Shown in pieces: positions 1 through 13,451 of a stretch of DNA of 64,000 nucleotides; position 1 is the stretch's first letter, and the number at the start of each line of letters is the position of its first letter. A program made the position numbers and the translations under genes. Source of the stretch: Camelus ferus (taxonomy: Eukaryota); assembly GCF_009834535.1 (NCBI RefSeq), contig NC_045697.1, positions 45,138,001-45,202,000 on the forward strand, in the 5' to 3' direction. A model generated the notes under the pieces. It was given only the letters and a program-made list of their open reading frames with translations, made no database searches and was not told where the DNA came from.

Positions 1-1147
1 ATCTTATTCTTTTTGTTTTTATTTATTTACTTTGGAGTTAATTTATTCCTTGATTTGGAAACATAAGTATCCCAATTTCTTTGTTATAGAAATATCTCCT
101 ATGGATAATAGTGATTCTTAGCCAGTGGCTTATTTTTATAACTAAAACTTAAGTGTCTGAGAGCTTGTCACATCTGGTTTTCAGGTCCTTTTCTATCTAC
201 TGTTATTTCACTCTGGGAGCATTACTGCTACAAACACGTGTATTCTGGAGTGGGTAAAATCCTATTTACCCATGCTGTATTGAATTAAATAAAAACATAC
301 TCAACAGTGAAAAGAATTGTTTATAAACACACTAAAACATTTCAGTGGCTTGCAGTTGTAGCGAGAAGCACGTGCTAGCTCCCTAGGAGAACGTGCACAC
401 CCTGGGGCCGGGACTGCCGTCCTCTCGGGGGCTCTGCCCTGCCCTTCCAGCAGCACCAGGCCACTTGCACGTCACAGCACCCCATTCTGTTTCTCACCCA
501 AGTGCCTACCGCTCGGTGGATGCTTAATCAGTATTTGATAAATTGATGAATGAATGGCCAATAAACTCTCTCCTATTGATTGGATTTTCCAGAATGCTGC
601 TCCTACCAGAGAGGAAGGAGCTGGGCCAAATTCTTTACCATGCATACAACCCATTTTTCCTAATAATTATGTGCAGCTTCCTAAATTATTAAATTGGCTT
701 TTTATTAACCGGTCTCTCCTGAGCTTAGTTAATATGGACCAAAGCATCTGTAAGGAAATTGGTGAAAACAGTCTTGAGACTCACTAAGCCTCTGGCTTGG
801 AATGGACACCTCGAAGGAGGCATTTGAGAAACACAAACAGCTTAACCCCCTCACGTGAGTCTAGCAAAGCCCCTGGGTCTGCACCATGTCCCCCATCCAT
901 CCTGAAGAGCCAAAACCTCTCCAGAACTCTGCTTTTCACTGTCTATCTGAAGACTTCAAAGGTCATATTCTGTTAATTAGGATAATATCCGAGGCTCTTT
1001 ATCAACTGGTCCAATTTATTCTTTTGTTGCCATTTCCCCCAATAAAGCTGTCTGCTCTGGTTCTGTCAGTTTCCTGAAGACACGTGTTCTGTTCATTTCT
1101 ACCCTTAAATCTTCAACCACATTCTTCCTCTTAAAAACATCCTGAGG

Positions 1148-1194
1148 TTTGTTTGTTTTTAAAGAGATTTGTTTGTTTTTAAAGTGGTTTGTTT
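1148..1194. repeat. 20-bp-period tandem repeat (~2.3 copies)
   Basis: TTTGTTTGTTTTTAAAG at 1148 and 1168, partial copy at 1188. Confidence 0.85.
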
Positions 1195-3015
1195 ATGCCA
1201 ATTAAAACTATATGTCATAAAAGCCTAAGTAAAACCCATCTCTTTCCCATCTTTCTTGGCACCTGCTGTTTATACCATAACATCTGACACTTGTCTCTAT
1301 GTGCCCTAATTGCTTCCCGGTTGCAAATAGGAATTTATTTATACCTCTTATCTCCTCAGATAGAAGGACTGTTCTTCTGAGACATAATCTGTGTCTTCTC
1401 CTTCTTTATTATTTCTTGCAGGGCCTACCACAGAGCTGGCTGGACTGAGTAGCTGTTCTAAGGATACCAATTAAATTGAAAAAAAAAAGCATTTTCTAAT
1501 TGGGAAGAATAAAATGAATACATCATACCTGCCATGATAGGTGTTTATTCTTTGTTAACTAGGTCATGCTCACAGAATGCTGCCAAGTATGTACTACTAG
1601 CCCCATCTTTAAGAGATGAAGACAGATGTTCACAAACATTAGCAACCCACCTTACACCACACAGCTCGTATGTGGCAGGGCTGGAAAATCTGCTTGATGT
1701 CAAAGCTTTTTTCTCTCTCTTTCCACTTAGTCTTTTATTAGTAGCTGACAATGGTGGTATCTTTCAGACTGAAGGATATAAAATGTTAGTATGCATTCTT
1801 AGTAGGTAAATTGATCGAAAAAAATTAGTTTTGCCTATAAAATGGCATTCTTATCTTTCTTTAAAAATAAGATCAAAATTGCATAAAGGACAGCTTCTCT
1901 TTATCGAATAAAATATGGAAACAAGGGGGGGGGTCATTAGGGAAATAAGGCCAATAGTTAGAGAAATAAAGCCTTGCCCATCTTAGTTAACTAACAAAAA
2001 AGTCCTGAATTTAGACGAACTTCAGTCTCCCTGATTTCTTGGAGAGGCAGCAAGAATATCGAGGTAAATTTTCTACTGCCTGCAAAAGGGTCTTCGAAAG
2101 ACAGTTTTTTTTCTTTCTTTCTCTCTTGTTTAATTTTAGAAGACAAACTAAGATAGTGGGTTTAGTTTTAATTTCTAATCTTCCCCAAATAAAATCTAGG
2201 CCCAATATGCTAAGAAGGAAAAATGGCAAAACAAAAACAAAAAAACTTGTAAACATCTTTCTTGAAACCCAGATCCTCTTTTCCACTATAAACCTCAGCC
2301 ACATTACCCGTTTTCCCTGCCCTGAGCCCGCTACCCACCCAGAAACAGTCTATGTTTGTTTTCTCCTTTTTTCTCTGTGGGGTTTTTCCTTTCTCTGAAG
2401 GGGAGACTCCAGTGTCATGTGGCGGGTGTGCTGGATGTAGGCAGACTGTATCTCTAAAAGCTGCCTGACCCAGGCAGGATGGCATATGGCAGACGGAAGG
2501 AAGGATGCAGCATGACTCACAGCCAGGACCTCCCCCTGAGAAACTTTCAAGCCCCTGTTGTGAAATGACTACAGAAAAATCCATTTTATTGACATCTTTG
2601 TTTCTCGTTGTTCCCACTGCCTTTCCTCCCAGTGAGGTCTGGAAATTCACGTGAAACGCCATACCCCTAAAAGTCCTCCAGCTGACAGACAGCATTCTGA
2701 GGCTGGATAGCAAGAGGAAGGGAAAGGATGAGGGGAGGGAAGGGGCTTTTTTGAGAAGGTTGAAGCTTTTTTAAAATAGAAAACCCATTTCCTTTTATTC
2801 TAACCTCAGGCTTGTTTTAATTTTAAGCTATTAATTTGAAATAGCTAATCAGTTGCCATGGGCATACACACATTGCCAAGACTGCAAAATACCTGTCCTT
2901 TTCTAATCAGCCCCAAAGTGATCATGATTTATATGTACAATGTTCACTTAGCCTGAAAAGCCCAGACACTTTCTGTAGGATGATTTGCAGAGATTTTTCA
3001 GTAGGATTTTTAATT

Positions 3016-3341
3016 AATTTTTTTTAGTTTTTGTGATTTTTTTTAAATTGAAGTATAGTCAATTACAATGTGTCAATTTCTGGTGTACAACATAATGTTT
3101 CAGTCATACAAATACATACATATATTCATTTTCATATTCTTTTTCATTATAGGTCACTACAAAATATTGAGTATAGTTCCCTGTGCTATACAGAAGAAAT
3201 TTTTTATCTATCTTATATATAATAGTTAATATTTGCAAATCTCAAACTCCCAGTTTATCCCTTCCCAGCCTCTTTCCCTCCAGTAACCATAAGTTTGTTC
3301 TCTATGTCTGTGAGTCTGTTTCTGTTTTGTAGTAAGTTCAT
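3016..3341 (-). mobile_element. 5'-truncated L1 3' end (cetartiodactyl type)
   Basis: T-rich tail followed by ttgaagtatagtcaattacaatgtg...ccctgtgctatacag...aaccataagtttg. TSD-like TAGGA(C)TTTTTAATT at 3002-3015 and 3342-3356. Confidence 0.85.
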
Positions 3342-6300
3342 TAGGACTTTTTAATTCATACTAATGGCTGAGAAGCCCATGGAGGATAGCAGTGTTTCCA
3401 CATTTGAACAAGAAAGTAAACACACGCTCATAAAAACAAACACAAAAACCTACAAACTCTAGGAAGAGATTTCACAAAGCTGCTTTTTCCTGTTTATTTG
3501 GACAAGTGTCATTTTGTTCTGAATGTTTATCATTCTCAGTGGGGTACTCGTGGAAATGTCCTAGGAGCCCCCAAAGAGAAATAAGGTTTACAGAGCATGA
3601 GCTTTCATTGCTGCTCTGATACCAAATATTTACTGGGCAGCAGGATGGGTTTTTTCATTTAAATGAGAATTATTTGGTTTGGCCTAGTGAAGCAAGAATT
3701 AACTGTTAGCTCCATCACTTAACCCACTGCTGTGATGTATCTATCTTTATTAAGGGAACCTAATACAGTCTTGGCAGGTCACTACAACACTATACATTTG
3801 AGGGAATTGGTGAGAAAGACGACCAGTGATTCTAAAGGAACTGACAGCAGGAATTTGAACAGAATGCAGCAGTCTGCATTGAGATACTACCACCATCCTA
3901 GTTAGAGCATGCATCCTGCCTTCTACCTCAATGGTCAATCAGATCTTCACAGACCTTGCAAAGCAATGTTTACAGCACCTTCTAAAATCCCTCTCTGGTG
4001 ACCCTATTTCCATAATGGGGTGCTCTCTCAAGGGAAAGCACAACTCCAGCATTAAGTGTCAAACCCAACTTAGCAATTTCCCTTGGCGGTCTGCCATTCA
4101 AGTCAGTTGCAGTGTTGACCCAATTGAGATTATGAAACAGCTTGGGAACACCATACTCCTAGGGGACGTGGTTGCAAAAAGATCAATTTACACTTACTTG
4201 CATTTGACTCATCTTTTCCAAAAAGCCTTTCTCAAACTAAGGTATATTTAATATCACAATTAAAATATATTCAACACTCAAATGAATAGATTTCTTAGGC
4301 AAGGTATTTTTATTAGTAGTATAATTACAGTATTAGAGATAGGAACTCATGAGAGAAAAAGAGTGTGGGAACCAAGAGAAGTAACTGAAGATTAGTTTTT
4401 CAAATATATATTTTGTTCAATATGCTAGTTTATGATAGGCTATTTTATTTTAGTGCTTGCTTGTCAAAGATCTCAATACACTTTACTAAAAATATCCTTT
4501 TATTACTGTGTCTCAGGTTCTGAATTTTATAACTTCAAAAATATGCCTTTTCCCAGTCATAAAAGAGAATCTCTTACTCTTTTTTATAGCAGATCCCTGA
4601 AACATCATTTTGGTAGAATAATCTTTTTGTCCCTTTCTGTGGATACTTGTTGCTGTTTCCTAACTTAATATTTCAACGGAGAAAGAAACCCTCGACCGCC
4701 TAGAATGGATAGGAACATGAACGTCTTCCGGCCACAGTCTTTTTATGGGACTTGTTTTCAATTCTGTGTTGGAAACATGGGAAAATAAGCAGGAGATTTT
4801 ACAGAATCAACTCGTTGTGTTGCATGTCCTTCTCCAAGTAGAGTTGCCAGTTTATAAAGTGAATCAGTAGCAACTCAGATCCAGTCAGTGCCCAGTACTA
4901 TTTGGATAGTTATAGATTGAGCAATTATTTGGTGAAGCTATGTCTGTAGAACACAAAGATGCCTTGGGAAAACATCGGTAATTCAGTCCCTCCCGGCCAA
5001 TTCTGAACAAATGCCTGTACGTGTTAAGGGAACAGAGCATGTTCCTTTTCTTGTTCCAACTGAGGTAATTCCACCTAATGTGCCTGCAACCTATCAAAAT
5101 GGATGTCACAGTACATTTCCCCCGCAGGAAATGGCTTCTGTGGATGAGCACAGGGATCTGGATTGTCACATGCTCGAGAAACCTGGTGGGTTTTACAAAT
5201 GTGCTGAAGATATAGATGCTAGTTTTAAGGTGTGTGAGTTGTGGGAGACTGTCAATCAAAAATGGAGCTTAACATTTACTGTGACTTTTTATATTGAAAT
5301 GTGATTCCTTTCTGTTGTCTGCTGTAAGCTCAGAAATAGAGTGGAACAAGTTAATTAAAACACCGTTGGCTTAATACTTTTCAGCCACTGATAGTTTCCC
5401 ATCAGCACCTCTTGGGAGCATTCTGTGTTGCTGCGAAGCTCATCTGGAGCCCCTAGAAAGATTCTTTAACAAACACGATAATTTCTTCTGAACTCTTTCT
5501 GCCCTCTCTTTTAAAGATCTAAAGGCAATAACTTTGTGGACTATTTATTAATACTTTAACCCCTCTCTGATACCATGAAAAGCCTGGAAAAACATTACAT
5601 TTTCTAAGCACATATCTAGAAAATAGCCTTATCAGCAGGCATCAACTTATCTTTACCTATGCACAGACTTTGAACAGTCTGCCCACCAGCAACCAGCTAA
5701 ATCCTGAGGAATAAATAACAACAAAATCCTTCATAGGTGTTTTTCAGTTATTTTTGGCCCTTGGTGTCCTAGATATAGGAATCTGTGGGAAGAGATTTAT
5801 TTGTATGTTGAACTCTGCTCTGGGTGGAATTATTTGAAGAATTATCTCAAAACTAAAATATTTCATTCTAAGAGGAGAATGCAGTCATGGAATGTTCCTC
5901 TTCCAGACGTCGCTCGCTGGTGGTCCACAGGCCATGACTAGCCTGCAGACGTGCTTTTTGTGGTCTATGTGTTTTTTATTAATTGGCTTTGGAGCCATTT
6001 TATGTGAACTGGAAATTTCATATAGAAGTGAGTTTCAGAATTAAAAAAAAAAAAATCTGTCAATAGTGGGTCTACACTACCCAGAGGTAGGAGCAAAGTA
6101 GCAAATGCCTCCTTTGAATGGGGCTCCAGCCCTCCTGTAGATGGGGGTGGACCCCCTTATATCAGGCAGAAATCCTCTAGTTGTCGCCTTCAAATGGGAC
6201 GTGGGTCCTCCAGTCACTCCTTTAAGATGGTCATAGGCCTTCTTATTTACTGCGGTTTTTGGCCAAAGTCACAGATCAAATTCTACCATAGGCTTACCAA

Positions 6301-6359
6301 AGACATTTGCTTCTGTGATCACTATTCTTGACAAGGTACTTTTTGATATCATAATCTTT

Positions 6360-7011
6360 TTTTTAATTGAAGTATAGTTGATTTACAATATTGTGTTAGT
6401 TTCTGGTGGGACAGCATAGTGATTTAGTTATATACGTATATATTATTTTTCAAATTCTTTTTCATTTTAGGCTATTGCAGGGTATTGAATATAGTTCCCT
6501 GTGCTATACTGTAGGACCTTGTTGTTTATCTATTCTGTATATGGTAGTTTGTATCTGCTAATCCCAGACGCCCAATTTATTCCTCCCCAACCATTCCCCT
6601 TTGGTAACTGTTTGTTTTCAATATCTGTGAGTCTGTTTCTGTTTGTAAATAAATTCATTTGTGTTTTTTTTTAGATTCCACATGTAAGTGATATCATATG
6701 GTATTTGTCTTTCTCTGTCTGACTTACTTCACTTAGTATGATCATCTCTAAGTCCATCCATGTTGTTGCAAATGGCATTATTTCATTTTTTTTATGGCTG
6801 AGTTGTATTCCTTGTATACGTACACCACATCTTCTTTATCCAGTCATCTGTCAGTGGACATTGAGGTTGCTTCCATGTCTTGGCTGTTGTAAATAGTGCT
6901 GCTGTGAACATTGGGGTGCATGTACCTTTTCAAATTAGAGTTTTCTCTGGTTATATACCCAGGAGTGGGATTGTTGGATCATAAGGTAAATCTATTTTTA
7001 GTTTTTAAGGA
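6360..7011 (-). mobile_element. 5'-truncated L1 with perfect 16-bp TSD
   Basis: L1 3' UTR/ORF2-end sequence in reverse (ccatccatgttgttgcaaatggc, aaatagtgctgctgtgaacattgggg). TGATATCATAATCTTT at 6344-6359 and 7012-7027. Confidence 0.92.
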
Positions 7012-8525
7012 TGATATCATAATCTTTATTAGCAATAACAGGAAAGAAAGTATGATAAGTACTTTTTCGAGTTCCTCAAGTAACTTCCTTTTCAGGAAGA
7101 TGAACCATCATTTATTAAGCACCTACGCTGTCTCATGTGATCATCACAACAACCCCATCAAGCAGGTATTTTACAGAGAAGGAAAGTGGAGCTTGGAGAG
7201 ACGGAGTAACTTGCCTAAGCTCTTAACTGGCAGAACTAAATTGCATTGCTAGACCTGCCTGGTTCCAAAGCTCAGACTTCTCCGCTAAACCTCCCAAAGA
7301 CTTCAGATGACTCCATACAAAATCTCACCCCTCTTACCACATCCCTGTTGAGACTAAGGAATTGGGTCAGTGAGGTGGAAGAGGGAAAGGGAAATTCTAA
7401 ACGTATTTTTCTCAGTTGCTACGTAATCATTTCCTTCTTAGAACTGCAATAAAATTTCCTATTTTGGTTTTTGTAATTCCCCAGGACAAGCGATGAAACT
7501 TTTCGTGTGGTTCCTGCAGGCCACGAGAAAGTTGGCATCCACGTGCCTTTTATTTTTTCACTGGCTGGGTATTCTCATCTCTCAATTGCTGCACAGCTGT
7601 ACGGAGCTCAAACTGTAATGAAAGTGGTTTAATGCCAACTGTACATATATAATGGTCTTTGATTTCCCCCTAGGCTTTGAAAATCTCTCTTAATTATCTG
7701 CCTGTAGGCTTGGAATTTCTTTGCCAAGTCTATCTTCATTTTCGGAAGTGTCTCCAAGTCACCACTTTTAGAAGAATTTCTTCAGAAGAGAAAACTGGCC
7801 TCAAGCCCTCAGGTGGGGGAGGTCAGTGCAGGTGATAAAGTTGACTTGAAAAGTGACTGTGAGGAAGCTCCTTAAGAAACGACAATCTGGGCCCACTCTT
7901 GTTTAAAAAAAAAAAAAAAAGTTGTAGAAGTGGGAGTCAGGGAAGAACACTGTACAGGCTGAATTGGGCGAAATAACAATTGAGTTGAGCTGATTCCCTG
8001 CATGGAGGGGGAGTCTTCCCTCTGCCCTGTGTAGTTGCAGGTCCCGACTTGTGCCCCGACACACTTCCACAACCTCCTCCACACCTTCACCCACTCCGTT
8101 ATTCATTCAAGCCATCTCTGGGAACCTGTATGAAATGACACCTCCATCCCTCTCAGGCCCCTTGCCCTCCTTTATTCTTTCCTTTTCACACTTATCACTG
8201 CCACGTTATATTATATATTCAATTGTTTTGTATACTGTTTGTCTCTCTCAGCTAAGTGTAAGCTCCATGAGCACAAAGACCTGTTCTGTTTTGCTCATTA
8301 CTATACCTCTAGCATTACCCACAGTAGGAACTCAATAAATATAAGTTATTCCCACCACTATGCACTTAGGATCTGAAAATGAATAGGACATGGTTTCCAC
8401 CTCCAAAGCATTCATAGGCTTTTTGGAGAGATGGATAGAAACATAAATGCAACTCATACTATGAGAACTTAACTTGTATTCATGACTGTAGCAAAAGTGA
8501 TTTACATGATTATCTGCTGGCATGG

Positions 8526-9070
8526 TGGGATGGTTAGTTTTATGTGTCAACTTGACTGGGCCGTGGAGTATGCAGATATTTGGTTGAATATTATTCTGGG
8601 TGTGTGTGTGATGGTGTTCCTGGATCAGGTGAACATCTGAATCAGTAGACTGAATAAAGGAAATTGTCTTCCCTGATGTGGGTTGGCCTCATCCAGTCAG
8701 TTGAAGGCCTAAAACAGAACAAAATCATTGACACTACCACCACCATCACCATCCTCCCCCGCCACCAGGAGTAAGAGGGAACTCTCCTGCCTGAGCACTT
8801 TGACATTGGTCTTGTCTGTTCTTTGGACTCAGACTGAACCATCTGCTCTTCTTGGATCTCAAGCTTGCCAGCTTTCAGACTGGAACTTACACTGTCAGCT
8901 CTCAGTACTTTAGATTCCAGCTGGAAGTACACTTTGGCTCTCCTGAGTTCCCAGCTTGCCAACTGTAGGCCTTGGGACTTCTCAAACTCTATAATCATGT
9001 GAGCCAATTCCTTTTAATAAATATATCTCTCCTATTGGTTCTGTTTCTGTGGAGAACACTAACTAACACG
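8526..9070 (+). mobile_element. MLT2B-like ERVL solo LTR
   Basis: Start tgggatggttagttttatgtgtcaacttgactgggcc and end ctattggttctgtttctgtggagaacactaactaacac match the recalled MLT2 termini. Confidence 0.85.
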
Positions 9071-9109
9071 TTGGACCAGGCATACAAACTTTTGAAAGTG
9101 TCATGCCCT

Positions 9110-9530
9110 GCTTCTCCTAGAAGCAGATGCCAAATGGAATTAAATGTGTAAGAGGTTTACTGAGAGGAGTGCCTGTGAAGGATAAGGGGTAAAGTGGGAA
9201 GGAGCAGGAGTGGGCGAGGGGAGCCTTCAGCCTACGATACAGGTCTGAGACCTATGACAGGAAAGAGGGAAGGAAGGATTGAGTAGGAAGAGTTTCAGAC
9301 CACAGCACAGTTCTGAGAAACTTCTGGTTATCCTGATGGAGATCCCCAAGCCAAAAGTGCCCATTTGAGGAATCCCCCCTTAAAACAGGAATGACCCAAC
9401 TCTAGTTCCCTCACTGGGCTCTGTTGCTGGCTGCGAGCAGCCCTGGGGAAGTGTGGCCTCAGCGTGAACACTGCAGTGGATCCAAAACCTGGCAGCTGGA
9501 AGCTGTCAATCAGCGACACTCCACGCCAGG
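9110..9530 (-). mobile_element. LTR16-like ERVL LTR
   Basis: cctagaagcagatgcc...gcctgtgaaggataagggg...gagccttcag...gggaaggaaggattgagtaggaagag resembles the recalled LTR16 family in reverse. Confidence 0.65.
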
Positions 9531-9654
9531 TTTTCTAATCAGGATACCTTCATGACCTGTTCTTCTGGAGTTCCCTTCTGCTTTAAAAAGCCCACTGGCT
9601 TTCACAAGTTTTGGTAATCATAAAATCTCTATGTGGAAGGGACAATAAGTTGAT

Positions 9655-10123
9655 TTCTTTTTTAGTTGAAGTATAGCTGATTTACAATGTTGTGTTAGTT
9701 TCAGGTGTATAGCAAAGTGATTCAGTTGTATATGTACATACATACATATTCTTTTTCAGATTATTTTCCATTATAGGTTATTATAAGACATTGAATGTAG
9801 TTCCTTCTGCAACATAGCAGGTCCTTGTTGTTTATCTATTTTATATATAGTAGTATGTATATGTTAATCCCAAACTCTTAATATATCCTCCCTACTCCCT
9901 TCTCCTTTGGTAACCATAGTTTGTTTTCTATGTCTGAGTCTATTTCTGGTTTATAAATAAGTTCATTCATGTCATTTTTTTTTTTAGATTCCACATATAA
10001 ATATATGATGTTTGTCTTTTTCTCTCTGACTTACTTCACTTAGTAGGATAATCTCTAGGCCTATCCATGTTGCTGCAAATGGCATTATTTCATTCTTTTT
10101 TATGACTTAGTAGTATTCTATTC

Positions 10124-10161
<38 letters not shown>

Positions 10162-10457
10162 CACATACACACACTACATCTTCTTTATCCATTCATATGC
10201 TGATAGACACTTAGGTTTTTTCCATGTCTTGGCTATTGCAAATAGTGCTGCTATGAACATGTGGTGCATGTATTTTTTCAAGTTAGAATTTTCTCCAGAT
10301 ATATGACCAGGAGCGGGATTGCTGGATCATATGTGAGAGGTGTGGGGAAAAAGGAACCTTCCTGCACTGTTGGTGGGAATGTAAATTGGTGCAGACAGTA
10401 TGGAGAACAGCATGGAGCTTCCCTTAAAAACTAAACATAGAGTTACCATATGATCCA
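9655..10457 (-). mobile_element. L1 with 5' inversion (9655-10333 minus, ~10335-10457 plus); contains (TG)n(TA)n microsatellite
   Basis: Minus-strand L1 3' end abuts a plus-strand ORF2 piece (cactgttggtgggaatgtaaattggtgcag...catatgatccag). Degraded TSD at 9638-9654 and 10457-10473. Confidence 0.88.
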
Positions 10458-11984
10458 GGGATAGTATGTTTATAAGGGGAGATTCTAGGGGCTTATCTTA
10501 GACCACATGGTCTTACTCAGATTGTATATTTACCAAAGCCAATCTTAGAGCCATCCTTGCCTACAAACAAGAGTGGGATAGGCTGAGGAAGGATGGTGGT
10601 GGGAATCAAGGGGGAGGGGGCATAGAAGCTGGACTACCTGTCCACTCTGATGAGGTCAGCGGCATGGAAACAGCAGGCACTTACCATTCTAAGTGATGGG
10701 AGGAGGATCTGGTTTTTGAAACCAGTAATACATCAAACCATGGAGCAGCTTTGGTGCCCACACTCTACTTGACACACCTCTGGCTAAGACTTTGAGGCTC
10801 TGGATACATTTCAGTGGAGCTGGGAGGAGTGTGGCAGAGATCAGCTTTCCTGAGCTGGAGCAGAAAATCTCCAGTGAGTGGGCAGGAGAAGATAGTAGGC
10901 CACCTGTTCTTCTGGCAAACCGAATAGTGCTTGTTCTGTTAAATGGTTAAAAATCAAGTTCTTTCCTTTGTTTCTCCTTTAGGATCAGAATTTATTAACA
11001 ATTCAGAAGATTTGTGTGGGCTGGGCGTTCCCCCGTAAATATTTTCCTTCCTTATTGTATTTCCCCACCTCTACAGATTAAGAGAACTGCCACTTAAAGC
11101 TTATATAAAACAACCTTGTCAATTAATTCTGATGGAATCACAGTGATAAAACATTAGTGCTACACAGGAGTTTGGAGATTTTTTATTGTTACACAGAGGG
11201 AAATTGAAGCCCAGAGAAATAAGTGATTGCCCAAGGTCACTGGGCTGACTAACAGCAGAAAGAAGGCTGGAACCCAGAGCTTTAGTTTTTAAGCCAGAGC
11301 TCTGCCCACCACAGCAGGCTAGCTTTCTTCTCTGCTTGTACCCTACTTTTTATTTTAAGTTCTTTAAGTCAAATACATATGTGGTTAGCTAAAGATTTTT
11401 CATAACCCTTTCTCTGGGAAATCACTTTTTTCCTCTGGCTGAGAGTTTTGCTACCTAACTTAATTTTAGAAATAAACAAACAAACAAGTAAACAAACAAA
11501 CAAAAACAGTGCTGGGCTGCAGGAGCCTGTGCAAAGGCCATTGCCTTGAAAATTGACAATGGCCAAAGCCTAATATAAACCCTGTGAAGGGAAAAGAGGT
11601 CCCCAAGTCCCCCAGCTCTGTACCTGGTAGAGCTCACCCTTGTTCACTGCTGTGTAAGATCCCACAGCTGCTGGTCTGTACACTTTGAAACCTCTCTGAG
11701 CTGCAAGGAACCTTGACAATTATCTGTGAGGAAACAGAGCTCCAGGAAAAGCAAGTTAGGACTGGAATCTACACTTTCTGACTCTTAGCCAGATGACTGT
11801 CTACAGTGAAATACTTCAAAGAATCCAAAGATGAGTATTTTAATTTAAGACAAGCAAGGACCAATTAAGAAGTTGTGTCCAAAGTGAGGGCACATCGGCA
11901 ATGAGAAGCACTACTGAGTCCTTCTGATGTTCCAGGCACTGTTCTGAGCGCTTTACGTGGATGGAGTACTCCTTTCATGGGGCA

Positions 11985-12307
11985 GTAAGTCAGCTACACC
12001 AGGTTGTGTCTCAGTAACAACCCCCAAATCTCCGTGGCCTGTAACAACATTGGCTTATTTCTCATGTGTTGGTTGTTGGTTGTTGGTTGTATGGTTGAGG
12101 CTCCACTCCACATGACTCCTTCTCTCAGGATCTAGCATGAATGAGATGAGCCTCTTTGAGATGTGCCAACCTTGTGGCAGAAGAAAAAGGGTACAATGGC
12201 TCTGAAAGCCTCTGCCCAGTCATGACATATGTCACTCGAATTCCACAGGTCAAAGCAGGTCCTATGGCCAAGCCTGCTGCCAATGAAAGAAACACAGTAA
12301 GTCATGC

Positions 12308-12345
<38 letters not shown>

Positions 12346-12400
12346 TTTTTTAACACGAAAGGCACCAAAATATTTGAAACAGTATTTCAATCTACCACAG
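11985..12400 (-). mobile_element. Old MLT1-type MaLR LTR containing (TG)16 at 12311-12342
   Basis: cagtaacaacccccaaatctccgtggcctgtaacaac...gcttatttctc resembles the MLT1 3' end in reverse. Confidence 0.6.
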
Positions 12401-13239
12401 TGGGAATCACCACTTGATATTTATTAGCTCCTTTAATCTTTACAAAAACTATGAGGTAGATAAAAATATCATTTGTTGTTCAGAGTTTATACAACACTGA
12501 AAGAGACAGAGCTGGTATCTGAACCCGAGCAGTCTGGCTCAAGAGCTCACACTTCATCAGTAGGCTCTGTCGCTTTTCATAATCCAACACCTTTAATCTG
12601 ATAGTCCTCTGACAAGTTCCCTTGTCCCCCCCACCCCCACCAACTAGTAGTCTATCTAATGCCTCATGCCGAGACTTCAGCCATCTGTTATTTTCACCTG
12701 CATTGCCACGTTCATTTATTTATTAAAAAAATATATATCGAGCATCTGTGAACACGACATGGTACAAAGGCAGCAGGCAGGAAGTGGTTACAAAGATGCA
12801 TCAGAAGTAGATGATGGGTCCTGTTCTCAGAAACCTAGTCAGGATATGTATGACTATAATGCATGGAATAAAGTGATAAATCACCGGCACCTATGAACCT
12901 ACTGTTAATTGCTACAGGGAAGTAATCGAGAGATTTCTTCTGAGGAGGGAGGCCTAGCAAAGGATGGGAGAGGGGTATTTAGTTTGGCCTTTGAAGGAGG
13001 CGTTGGGTATGAAGATGTGAAGGTGGAGAGGAGGGAATGGGATGCAGGAAGACAGGGCTGGGGGGACGCGGCTGGGGGTAGGGGGGCAGCAGGGTTCAAG
13101 GCGCACATTCAGCAGGGGCCTCAGTAGAGTCTGTGCTCCATCTCAGCAACGGATACAGTGGCAAGAGTAAAGAGGACCTTGTCACCCTATTTTAAACTGC
13201 TGTTCCATTAATACCAGACTTCTCATTTATCCCTCCTCC

Positions 13240-13451
13240 ACTACTGTACATGAAATAGATAAACAACAAGGACCTACTGTACAGCACAGAGAACTATATT
13301 CAATATCTTGTAATAACCTATAATGGAAAAGAATGTGAAAAAGAATATATATAAATATATATATAATTATTTATATCACTTTGCTGTAAACTTGAAACTA
13401 ATGCAACATTGTAAATCAGCTATACTCCCACCCCACCCCCCCCAAAAAAAA
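13240..13451 (+). mobile_element. L1 3' end fragment
   Basis: aaatagataaacaacaaggacctactgtacagcacagagaactatattcaatatcttgtaataacctataatgg is the reverse complement of the minus-strand copies. Confidence 0.88.

Noticed and set aside
2011..2713. Cluster of 97-167 aa ORFs
   Set aside because: Driven by T/A-run composition; no splice or homology support.
4885..5304. Overlapping 97-aa and 124-aa ORFs as a gene or pseudogene
   Set aside because: No recognisable homology, exon structure or poly-A/TSD signature; lengths are compatible with chance.
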